Origin: a virus
Taxonomy: Duplodnaviria; Caudoviricetes
Length of the DNA stretch: 64,000 nt
Virus record (IMG/VR): IMGVR_UViG_3300046784_000021
Coordinates: 4,794-68,793 of that record
Reading direction: 5' to 3' (one strand)
The notes below the pieces were generated by a model. The model saw only the letters and a list, made by a program, of their open reading frames with translations. It had not been told where the DNA came from and made no database searches. The translations under genes and the position numbers were made by a program. Below, piece after piece: positions 27,630 to 35,356 of this stretch (its first letter is position 1; each line of letters starts with the position of its first letter).

Positions 27630-28118
27630 GTGTTTCTGGCGGTTACTGGAGGTTGCTGTCACCATGAGCGCATGGCCCTCCCCAGCGACGAAACCACTCG
27701 ACACCTGCGGAAACTCGCGACCTTGGTCGTCCAGCAGCGAGTCGCGCTGGGCTTTCCCAGCAAGGAAGCCGCAGCCGAGGCGTGCGGCATCTCGCACATG
27801 ACGTATCGGAAGATCGAGGGCGGGCAGTCCGTCCGGGATGCCACCTATGCCAAGTTGGAGATCGGCTTCAGGTTCCGACCCGGCTCTTGCAAGGCCGTCG
27901 CCGACGGCGTCGCGGACTCCATCACCCTGGAGGACGGCAGTGAGCTGATCGACGGCGGAAAGATCACGCGCTTCAATCGGGGGCACCTCGAAGAGGAGCT
28001 GCGGGGTGCGATCACGAAGTCGGTCATGCTGACAGCCCCAGATCTCACGCTGCGCCAGGTGGAGGCGATGAATGAACGGGTCGTGGAGGAACTGCGGAAG
28101 CGCGGGCTGTTGCCGTAG
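27630..28118 (+). CDS. Immunity repressor (XRE HTH); start may be 27672
   Basis: KEAAAEACGISHMTYRKIEGG; divergent from Cro-like, upstream of integrase. Confidence 0.8.
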   Translation: MFLAVTGGCCHHERMALPSDETTRHLRKLATLVVQQRVALGFPSKEAAAEACGISHMTYRKIEGGQSVRDATYAKLEIGFRFRPGSCKAVADGVADSITLEDGSELIDGGKITRFNRGHLEEELRGAITKSVMLTAPDLTLRQVEAMNERVVEELRKRGLLP

Positions 28119-28295
28119 TGGCTCAAACTGGGGCTGAACTGACACCGTCTCGCGTGCAGCTATTTCACCGTTACCGGATCGTGACATCGACTAGGTGTCG
28201 ATCCGTCAACAATCTCTATCCGCAAGGGGATTCGGCGTGTGACGCTGACAGTTCACCTGGGGGGTTCTCCGCAGCACGAGCAAAGGGGAACCCAT

Positions 28296-28490
28296 ATGGC
28301 AACGATCATCAAGTACGACGAGCCGGGCTTCATGGGGAGCATGGTCGAAGTACGCGGCAAGATCGTTTGCATCCTGGCCCCGGCCGCCATGGCCGACCGC
28401 GCAATACAGGCGCGCCTTCGGCGGGCGTTCCGGGGGCAGGGGGTCGACTGTAGTGCGTGCGCTCAATGCCCCGTCGGGAAGGCGCGGTAG
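28296..28490 (+). CDS. Small Cys-rich protein
   Basis: AGGGGA RBS; ends CSACAQCPVG. Confidence 0.55.
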   Translation: MATIIKYDEPGFMGSMVEVRGKIVCILAPAAMADRAIQARLRRAFRGQGVDCSACAQCPVGKAR

Positions 28491-28574
28491 ATGAGGCAGT
28501 CGGTGCGGAGGCCGACGCACCCTTGTGCTGCCGGCCTCCGCATTAACCAACGACTCAGCATGGGGGGATGACGC

Positions 28575-29942
28575 ATGCCCTACGTGGAGGCGCGCGGCAA
28601 CTCGGTCCGCGTCAAATGGTGGGGCGGCGAGTACAAGCTCGGGCCCGACGGGAAGCCGACGAAGGCGAAGAGGTACGAATCGGCCTCCGGCCCCGCGCCC
28701 GGCGTCAAGTTCCAGGATGAGGACGAGGCGTATACGTACGGCCTGGACCGCGAATACGAGGTTCGCCACAACAAGGCCGTGCCGCGGGCGAACTCGGCCA
28801 CGCTCATGGGCGAGTACGTGTGGATGTGGTTCGAGGCGGCCGACCTCAGGACGAACTCCGAGAAGACCTACCGGTCGATGCTGAAAGCGGTCGTCGAGCC
28901 GTACTGGGGGCAGCGGCCGGTCGGCGACATAACGCCGCTGGAATACGACTTCTGGAAGAAGCAGGTCAAGAAGAGGTACTCGGTCAACTACGCGGGCCAG
29001 CTCCTCGGCCTCTTCCGCATGCTCATGGAAGACGCCGTCCTCAAGTACAGGATGCGCACCGAGTCGCCCATCATCGAGCAGCGCCGCCGCGGCCGGTACG
29101 TGAAGAAGCAGACCCGTCGGGTGAAGCGGGAGTTGCCCATCGCAGACGTGCATCAGCTCGCCTCGAACGCCCACCACGTGTGGGGGTACGCGGGCTGGAC
29201 CTACATCTGGACCATCGCGTTCACCGGCATGCGGCCCCCGGGCGAGATGTACGGCCTCCAGCGCGGGTTCTCCTCGCCCAGCTGGCCAGCAGCCGACCCG
29301 GTCCGTGAGCGCCGGGAGCAGGCTCAGGAGCGCTACCGGACCGGGCTGCGCGCGCTGCGGGTGCAGCACCAGCTGTACTACGCGGAGAGCAGGCCGACGC
29401 TGGCCGGTCCGAAGTACGACTCGTACCGAACGCTGGTGATCCCGCCCTTCCTGCACCACATGCACGACGCGCTGCTGCGGTCTCACGACCGGCCTTGGGT
29501 ATTCATCTCCAAGACAGGCAAACCGCTGCTGGGCACGCAGTTCGCCCGGGACTACTGGCACCCGATGCGGGACGGCTCGCCTGAGCGGAAGGGCCGGAAG
29601 GGCCTGGAGCGGCCGGAGCTGAAGCCGGTGGAGGCGATGGCGGGTCAAGACATCTACCGGCTGCGGCATTGGCACCGGGAGCTCCTGGACGAGCCGGGCG
29701 CGGACATCGCGACGGTGGCGGCGGAGGCCCGGATGGGGCATGAGATGCCGGGCATGGAGGGCGTTTACAGCAAGGTGACGATCTCCATGGAGGAGCGTAT
29801 CGTCGAGTATCTGCAGGGGGTTTGGGAGAAATTCCTCGCGTCGGGTCCGTGGATCCCACCCTTTCCCACAGCTCTCCCAGTTGATCTTTCTGAGGGCACG
29901 TTTCCGCAGCTCAGCGGGCTTCCCGTCCTTGGTGAGATTTGA
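28575..29942 (+). CDS. int: Tyrosine integrase
   Basis: FTGMR catalytic Arg, RLRH, MGH...VY catalytic Tyr; N-terminal arm-binding region. Confidence 0.93.
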   Translation: MPYVEARGNSVRVKWWGGEYKLGPDGKPTKAKRYESASGPAPGVKFQDEDEAYTYGLDREYEVRHNKAVPRANSATLMGEYVWMWFEAADLRTNSEKTYRSMLKAVVEPYWGQRPVGDITPLEYDFWKKQVKKRYSVNYAGQLLGLFRMLMEDAVLKYRMRTESPIIEQRRRGRYVKKQTRRVKRELPIADVHQLASNAHHVWGYAGWTYIWTIAFTGMRPPGEMYGLQRGFSSPSWPAADPVRERREQAQERYRTGLRALRVQHQLYYAESRPTLAGPKYDSYRTLVIPPFLHHMHDALLRSHDRPWVFISKTGKPLLGTQFARDYWHPMRDGSPERKGRKGLERPELKPVEAMAGQDIYRLRHWHRELLDEPGADIATVAAEARMGHEMPGMEGVYSKVTISMEERIVEYLQGVWEKFLASGPWIPPFPTALPVDLSEGTFPQLSGLPVLGEI

Positions 29943-30150
29943 TCAGGTCCATCAATGCGCGACAAATTCTGTAGGCCACCTCTATTCGCGGCTCACCAGC
30001 AGGTCGGAGGCTCCATCCAGGGCTTTTACCTGCGTCGATGCGCTTTCCCCATGGGAGCGTTTCTAGACGTAACCTAGAGGTAGCTAGATGCAACTAGACG
30101 TTACTCAAGGTTGCCGCCATTGATCATCTCCCAGGTTTCTCCCATGGGAA
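29821..30150. other. Candidate attachment site (attP-like) with arm-type repeats
   Basis: T(C/T)TCCCA-type repeats near 29821(rc), 29862, 29873, 30044, 30127, 30136 and phased CTAG repeats 30063-30097 at the integrase 3' end. Confidence 0.55.
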
Positions 30151-30528
30151 AGGCGAAAGGCCCCCGCGAGATGCGAGGGCCTTCCTATGCCGTCACCGGC
30201 CAGCGGCAGGACAGGGGCTCCACCTGGGGGGCGGGTCCATGCCCCTACCCTGACCGCCATGGCCGATGACGGCGGTCTGAAAATGACACGGGCATACTGC
30301 AGGAGTCGCCCGGACCGCAGTTGTGCCCGACTACGGCTGGCCGCTAAACGGTCGCCAGACATCGTGACACTCCCATGGCTGCCTTGTGATGGATCCGTGA
30401 CCGAGGGCCCCGGTTGTCCGCGACAGGGGTACGGGCAACCGGGGCTGGGCCCGCTCCGACCGCGGGCCCCCACTCCGCCCGGGGGTGGCGAAGTGTCGTA
30501 GGGGGCTCGCACAGCCAGAGCGGGAGTC

Positions 30529-30714
30529 TCATCGACGCGGCCCCTCGAGGCGGTTCTTCGGCTCGCACTTCGGGCACTCGCACGGCGGGAACACACCGGT
30601 CATTATCGGGTGGTCATCAGCCGGAACCCTCGTCGACTCCTTGACCGTGGTCCGCTCCCCGGTGACGGGGTTGACCCGGTACACGGCGATGGTCAGCCCG
30701 TGGGGGTCGCTCAT
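30529..30714 (-). CDS. Small hypothetical protein
   Basis: LTIAVYRVNP...FPPCECPKC; ATGA coupled. Confidence 0.65.
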   Translation of the reverse strand: MSDPHGLTIAVYRVNPVTGERTTVKESTRVPADDHPIMTGVFPPCECPKCEPKNRLEGPRR

Positions 30715-30926
30715 CGCTGACGCTCCCGCTGCGTCCACTCCTCGCGCCGCTCCTCGGCGTTGAGTACGTACGGGCGTACGAGGAGCGACGTCTCGCCGTC
30801 TATCACCGCGGCCGCGGAACGGCGGCGTGCAGCTCGGGCGGCACGGGCAGCGCGAACCGCAGGCAGGTGCGGCGGCTTCCACGCAGGTCTCACTCGTTCG
30901 GGGTATTCGGCGGTAGGGTTCGCCAT
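30711..30926 (-). CDS. Small hypothetical protein
   Basis: GAGAG-type RBS; LLVRPYVL motif. Confidence 0.6.
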   Translation of the reverse strand: MANPTAEYPERVRPAWKPPHLPAVRAARAARAARRRSAAAVIDGETSLLVRPYVLNAEERREEWTQRERQR

Positions 30927-31112
30927 GTCGACCTGCTCTCTCAGGTTGGCCGCACCCCCGGACATGGCCGTCGCGGGGGTTTTCACATTGAGCATCGGGC
31001 CGCTGAGACTGTGGCGGCAGCGTGTGACAACCACCACCGTGGTTACCGGATTCACACCCTGTGTGAACTGTCTGTCGTTACGCTTCACACACAACGCAAA
31101 GCGGGGATTCTC

Positions 31113-32453
31113 ATGGAACCCAACACTCTTCTTGACGCCCTCCTCGACGAGGCAGGCATGTCTCATGCCGGACTGGCGTCGCGCATCAACAGGGCAACCA
31201 AGAGCAGCTCGAAAACCACGCGGTACGACCATGCGTCGGTCGGCCGTTGGCTGAAGGGTCAACGCCCGCGAGGCCAAATCGCCGAACTGATCTGCGTCAT
31301 CCTCTCCGAGAAGCTGAACCGCCAGCTCGCCCTCGAGGACATCGGCATGGGCACCCTGGGCTCAACAGGCTCTCCAGCCGCACCGCTCGACGGATTCATC
31401 GAGCGCTCAACCGCACTTTGGCGAGGAGACCAACAGGGCCGAACCGACGTCCAGCAGGCCCCCGTGATCACTGGCCTGCGCGCCGTCGGGCCTGTCTGGG
31501 AATGGGAAAACCCACCGGACGATGTGAACGTCTCACGCGCCGGTACGCCCCACGTGGGGCTCAGCGACGTCGAAGTGCTGCGCACAGCCAGGCGGCACTA
31601 CGAGCAGATGTACCGCAGGGCTGGCGGAGTCGCAACGAAAGACCGCATCGTCCGGTTCTTGAACCTGGAGGCATCACCACGCCTTCGCGGCTCCTACGCG
31701 GATGTCACAGGTCGGGAACTCCACCGCGCTGTCGGTGGACTCGCCGCCGTCGCCGGCATTTGCGCGTACGACTCCGACGTTCAGGGCCTCGCGCAACGCT
31801 ACTTCCACCAGTCGCTCCGCCTAGCCAAGGCCAGCGGGGATCGCGGGTTCGGCGGGTACGTCATGGCCTTGCTGGTGAATCAGTCCATCTTCATGCGGGA
31901 CTACCGGCAGGCGGTGGCCTTCGCCGAGTCGGGGCTGCGCACCGCGGGAAGCCACATCTCGCAGGCGCTCGCCACCGACCTGTACTCGATGCAAGCGAAG
32001 GCGTACGCGCGCATGGGAGATCAGCACAGTGCCCACCGCTGCATGAGCCTGGCCGAGACCGCCGCAGGGCGAATCCGCCGCGAGGAGGAACCCGATGAGC
32101 TGGGCTACGTTCAGCCTGGCCTCGTCGAGGCGCAGCTAGCCGAAGCCTGCATGAGCCTAGGCGACATGGCACCAGCACAGGAGTACGCCGTCGAAGCCGT
32201 GCGCACCCAGGCTCATGCCCGCGGGCGCGTACATCGCCTGGCGACGCTGACTAACGTCGAACTGCGCAGCGGCGAAGCAGAGCGCGCAGCAGCGGCGGCC
32301 GTCGAGATGGTGGATCTCGCGCAGGGCATGGAATCGCGGCGGCTCCGGGACCGCTTCGTGTCCACCCGTGCGGCCCTGGTTGAGCACGACTCTGCTGTCA
32401 CCGCGGACGCAGCAGAGAAGATCGATGAGACCCTCCGCGTGCCCCTGCCCTAG
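31113..32453 (+). CDS. NsdA-like regulator (N-terminal HTH, TPR-like C-terminus)
   Basis: PNTLLDALLDEAGMSHAGLA...YDHASVGRWLKGQRPRG; AQRYFHQSLRLAKASGDR helical repeats. Confidence 0.8.
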   Translation: MEPNTLLDALLDEAGMSHAGLASRINRATKSSSKTTRYDHASVGRWLKGQRPRGQIAELICVILSEKLNRQLALEDIGMGTLGSTGSPAAPLDGFIERSTALWRGDQQGRTDVQQAPVITGLRAVGPVWEWENPPDDVNVSRAGTPHVGLSDVEVLRTARRHYEQMYRRAGGVATKDRIVRFLNLEASPRLRGSYADVTGRELHRAVGGLAAVAGICAYDSDVQGLAQRYFHQSLRLAKASGDRGFGGYVMALLVNQSIFMRDYRQAVAFAESGLRTAGSHISQALATDLYSMQAKAYARMGDQHSAHRCMSLAETAAGRIRREEEPDELGYVQPGLVEAQLAEACMSLGDMAPAQEYAVEAVRTQAHARGRVHRLATLTNVELRSGEAERAAAAAVEMVDLAQGMESRRLRDRFVSTRAALVEHDSAVTADAAEKIDETLRVPLP

Positions 32454-32484
32454 TCTGACCCGACAGGCGACGGAGGGTAGGCCC

Positions 32485-33015
32485 ATGCAGTGGAAGAACC
32501 TCGGCGAGCACACGGTGTACGAAAACCCGTGGTTGCGGGTGAATCTTGCCGACGTCGAGTTGCCCGGCGGCCGGCACCTCGACCACTTCCTGTTGCGGCA
32601 GCGGCCGGTAGCCCTGGCCACGGCGGTGAACGACGACAACGAGGTGCTGCTGCTGTGGCGGCACCGGTTCATCCCTGACTCATGGGGCTGGGAGATCGCC
32701 GCGGGTGTCGTCGAGGAGGGGGAAGACTTCGAGGCCGCGGCGGCGCGCGAGATGCTGGAGGAAACGGGCTGGCGGCCGGGGCCGCTTTCGCACCTGCTCA
32801 CGGTGGAGCCGTCGAACGGATTGTCCGATGCCCAGCACCACGTCTACTACTCGGAGAGCGCCGAATACGTCGGCCATCCGGAGGATGATTTCGAGTCCAG
32901 CCGCCGCGAGTGGGTGTCCCTGAAGGCGGTGCCCGACTTGATCGCACGCGGCGAGATCCGCTCAGCGAACGCCGTCGCGGCGCTGCTCATGCTTCACTAC
33001 CTGCGTCTGGGCTGA
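32485..33015 (+). CDS. NUDIX hydrolase
   Basis: Nudix box GVVEEGEDFEAAAAREMLEETGW; GGAGG RBS. Confidence 0.93.
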   Translation: MQWKNLGEHTVYENPWLRVNLADVELPGGRHLDHFLLRQRPVALATAVNDDNEVLLLWRHRFIPDSWGWEIAAGVVEEGEDFEAAAAREMLEETGWRPGPLSHLLTVEPSNGLSDAQHHVYYSESAEYVGHPEDDFESSRREWVSLKAVPDLIARGEIRSANAVAALLMLHYLRLG

Positions 33016-33036
33016 CAGGCCCGTACGCTTGTTCGC

Positions 33037-33204
33037 GTGTCCGAGTCCCCGCGTATAGATGCGGCTGCCGCGAACGAGGTGATACGCGGCTTCCTCCTGT
33101 CGCGCGCCGGTCGGACGCTGACGCCGGCAGAGTGGGCGGAGTACGAGCGGCTCCGCGGCGCATACCTGGCCGCAGTGCGGGGAGCACGGCAGCCCGCGCG
33201 GTAG
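33037..33204 (+). CDS. 55-aa protein (not in ORF track)
   Basis: MSESPRIDAAAANEVIRGFL...EWAEYERLRGAYLAA. Confidence 0.55.
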   Translation: MSESPRIDAAAANEVIRGFLLSRAGRTLTPAEWAEYERLRGAYLAAVRGARQPAR

Positions 33205-33209
33205 CCGCC

Positions 33210-33255
33210 GCACACGACGAAGAGCCCACCGCCCGGCGCGCGGCAGTGGCGGTGG
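33210..33255. repeat. Boundary repeat/hairpin A
   Basis: GCACACGACGAAGAGCCCACCGCCCGGCGCG; near-identical copy at 34672. Confidence 0.75.
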
Positions 33256-33371
33256 ACGGTTTCGTCACTTCTTGCGAGACGATCCCTCGCGGGCGGGGCG
33301 TTCTCGCTAGAGTGCGGGCCCTGATCTACCGTGGGGGTATATATGGGCTGGCGTTGTCGGGGAGGTGCCTT

Positions 33372-34187
33372 ATGGGGACCGAGCTGGACGTGACCCTGCG
33401 CGGGCCACACGCAGGCATGGACGCGCAGCATTCACTGAGCGCGCTCAACAATCTTCTTGGACTGCTGACGGAGCTGGAAAGCACCGAGACGCGCCAGGCC
33501 AGCCGGTCCGGGACACGCTGGACTTTCAGCGGCCTGGAGCTCGGCAGCGTCCATGCGGTCCTCGAGCCATTGACGATCCCCGAACACTCCGGCTTCGACG
33601 TGGTGGATCGGATCACCTCGCGGGCCGTGGTAGGTCTGGCGGAAGCCGAGAAGGCACCGAGAATCCCCACCGGATGGACCCCCAAGGCCGCGCAGATGGC
33701 GCGAGACCTCGCCCGCAGCCTGGGCGCTTCCCCAGACGTTGGCATGCTTGTGCGGCTACGCCGGGGAGGGGAGATTCTTCAGACCGTTGAAGTGACTCAG
33801 CGCACCCAGCGCAACCTACGCGAGGCCGTCATGGCCCGTTTCACCAGCTTCGGATCCCGGCGGGGGCACCTGGGCGGACTGAACGACAGCAAGGGCCTAA
33901 GGGCCGTCCTGCGGACGGAAGTCGATGCCGAGAGCATTCCGCTGCGTTGCTGTGAGGAGCTGCGTGAGAAGCTGCGCCGGGCATGGGGGGAAGATCGGGT
34001 AGAGGTGACCGGGCGGATCACGGAGAACGCCGAGGGACAGGTCGTCAGGATGGACGTGCAGGAGATTGAACTGCTGCCCAACACGCCGGCGCTGACGGTT
34101 GAAGAGCTGAGGGGCGGGTTCTGGCCCGAGATGACCGGCTGCCGGGATTCTGTGCGTTACTTGGAGGGACTGCGTGGGGAAGGCTGA
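33372..34187 (+). CDS. Hypothetical protein, putative partner of PIN protein
   Basis: GGAGG RBS before ATG 33372; overlaps PIN gene by 14 nt. Confidence 0.75.
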   Translation: MGTELDVTLRGPHAGMDAQHSLSALNNLLGLLTELESTETRQASRSGTRWTFSGLELGSVHAVLEPLTIPEHSGFDVVDRITSRAVVGLAEAEKAPRIPTGWTPKAAQMARDLARSLGASPDVGMLVRLRRGGEILQTVEVTQRTQRNLREAVMARFTSFGSRRGHLGGLNDSKGLRAVLRTEVDAESIPLRCCEELREKLRRAWGEDRVEVTGRITENAEGQVVRMDVQEIELLPNTPALTVEELRGGFWPEMTGCRDSVRYLEGLRGEG

Positions 34188-34650
34188 CGAGCCGCAGTTG
34201 GTGTATCTGGACGCGAACTGCTTCATCGACTGGGCTCAGGGCGAGGCCAGTGCCCCCGCTGTGGAGTCGTGGTTGATAGCTGGCCGTCAGGGACGGGTCC
34301 AGCTGCCGGCGTCCACGTTGACGCTGGCGGAGGCCCGAGGGGACATGTCGGTGCCCGACGCCATAGAGAAGCGCCAGCGCATCCGGACGCTGCTTTTAGA
34401 GTCCTACGTCATGTTGGTTGAAGTGACACGGCGGGTAGGGCTCATCGCGAACGACATAACCGTGGACCGTACTCGTATCAGAGGCGCGGACGCCGCTCAG
34501 CTGGCTTGCGCGGTCTTCGCCGGGGCGGATCTCTTCCTCACCCGGAACTTCCGTGACTTCAGTGCGGGGGACGTCTATAGAGGTGTTCGCTTTTCCGAGC
34601 CCTATGAGTACGGGGGCGAAGGACTCTTTGACTCGGCGCTGGTGACCTGA
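34174..34650 (+). CDS. PIN-domain (VapC-like) ribonuclease
   Basis: VYLDANCFI, STLTLAE, GADAAQLACA, FLTRNFRDF acidic pattern. Confidence 0.85.
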   Translation: MGKADEPQLVYLDANCFIDWAQGEASAPAVESWLIAGRQGRVQLPASTLTLAEARGDMSVPDAIEKRQRIRTLLLESYVMLVEVTRRVGLIANDITVDRTRIRGADAAQLACAVFAGADLFLTRNFRDFSAGDVYRGVRFSEPYEYGGEGLFDSALVT

Positions 34651-34671
34651 CCGCGGCCGACAGCACCGCCC

Positions 34672-34722
34672 GCACGCGACGAAAAGCCCCCCGCCCGGCG
34701 CGAGGCCGAGACAGGGGGCTTC
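34672..34722. terminator. Boundary repeat B / bidirectional terminator
   Basis: GCACGCGACGAAAAGCCCCC...GGGGGCTT between convergent genes. Confidence 0.75.
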
Positions 34723-34732
34723 ATGGTTGCTG

Positions 34733-35356
34733 CTACGGCGTGCCGGTGTCCGGTCGGCCGAGGAGCCCGATCAGCTCGGCCAGGTCGCCCGGGGACATGT
34801 ACTTGCGAAGGGAGCGGGCAACCGACTCGGGGGAGGTGAGGACCACCCGGGGCTTGCGGATGCCGGCTTGGCGGGCGGCTGCGTTCGCGGTGATCTCGCC
34901 GGAAACGACCCGCTCGGCGAGGTCGGGGTGGTCCCGCTTGAGACGGGCCACTACACGCTCTCTCGTGTCGCTCCGAGCCATCGGAATAGAGTTCGTGTCA
35001 CGCTCTCTATTCCGGCCGTTCCCGATCTCGCCGTGGGCCGCAGCGGGCAAAACCTCCACGTCGTACAGGTGTTGCACCCGCCCGCGTAGATCGTCGTTGC
35101 TGCCACACAGCGCCAGCAGCTGACCCAAACGGCTACCCAGACCAGCAGGCGGCTTCCCCTCAACAAACGCCCGGAACGAGGCGTACTCGACATGACCGCC
35201 CGGCGGGGGCGCGTCGAACTCCCGCCACGCCTCCTCATCCAGCAGCCGCCGTACCAAACCCGGAAGAGCGGACATGACATCCGCCCCCGTCGTTGTCGAC
35301 GAGATAACCTCGCGGACCACTGTCCAATGACCCCGCGCGCTCACAGTGAGTTCCAC
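34733..35356 (-). CDS. Hypothetical protein with C-terminal HTH-like segment
   Basis: RLKRDHPDLAERVVSGEITANAAARQAG; overlaps helicase 3' end by 16 nt. Confidence 0.75.
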   Translation of the reverse strand: MELTVSARGHWTVVREVISSTTTGADVMSALPGLVRRLLDEEAWREFDAPPPGGHVEYASFRAFVEGKPPAGLGSRLGQLLALCGSNDDLRGRVQHLYDVEVLPAAAHGEIGNGRNRERDTNSIPMARSDTRERVVARLKRDHPDLAERVVSGEITANAAARQAGIRKPRVVLTSPESVARSLRKYMSPGDLAELIGLLGRPDTGTP

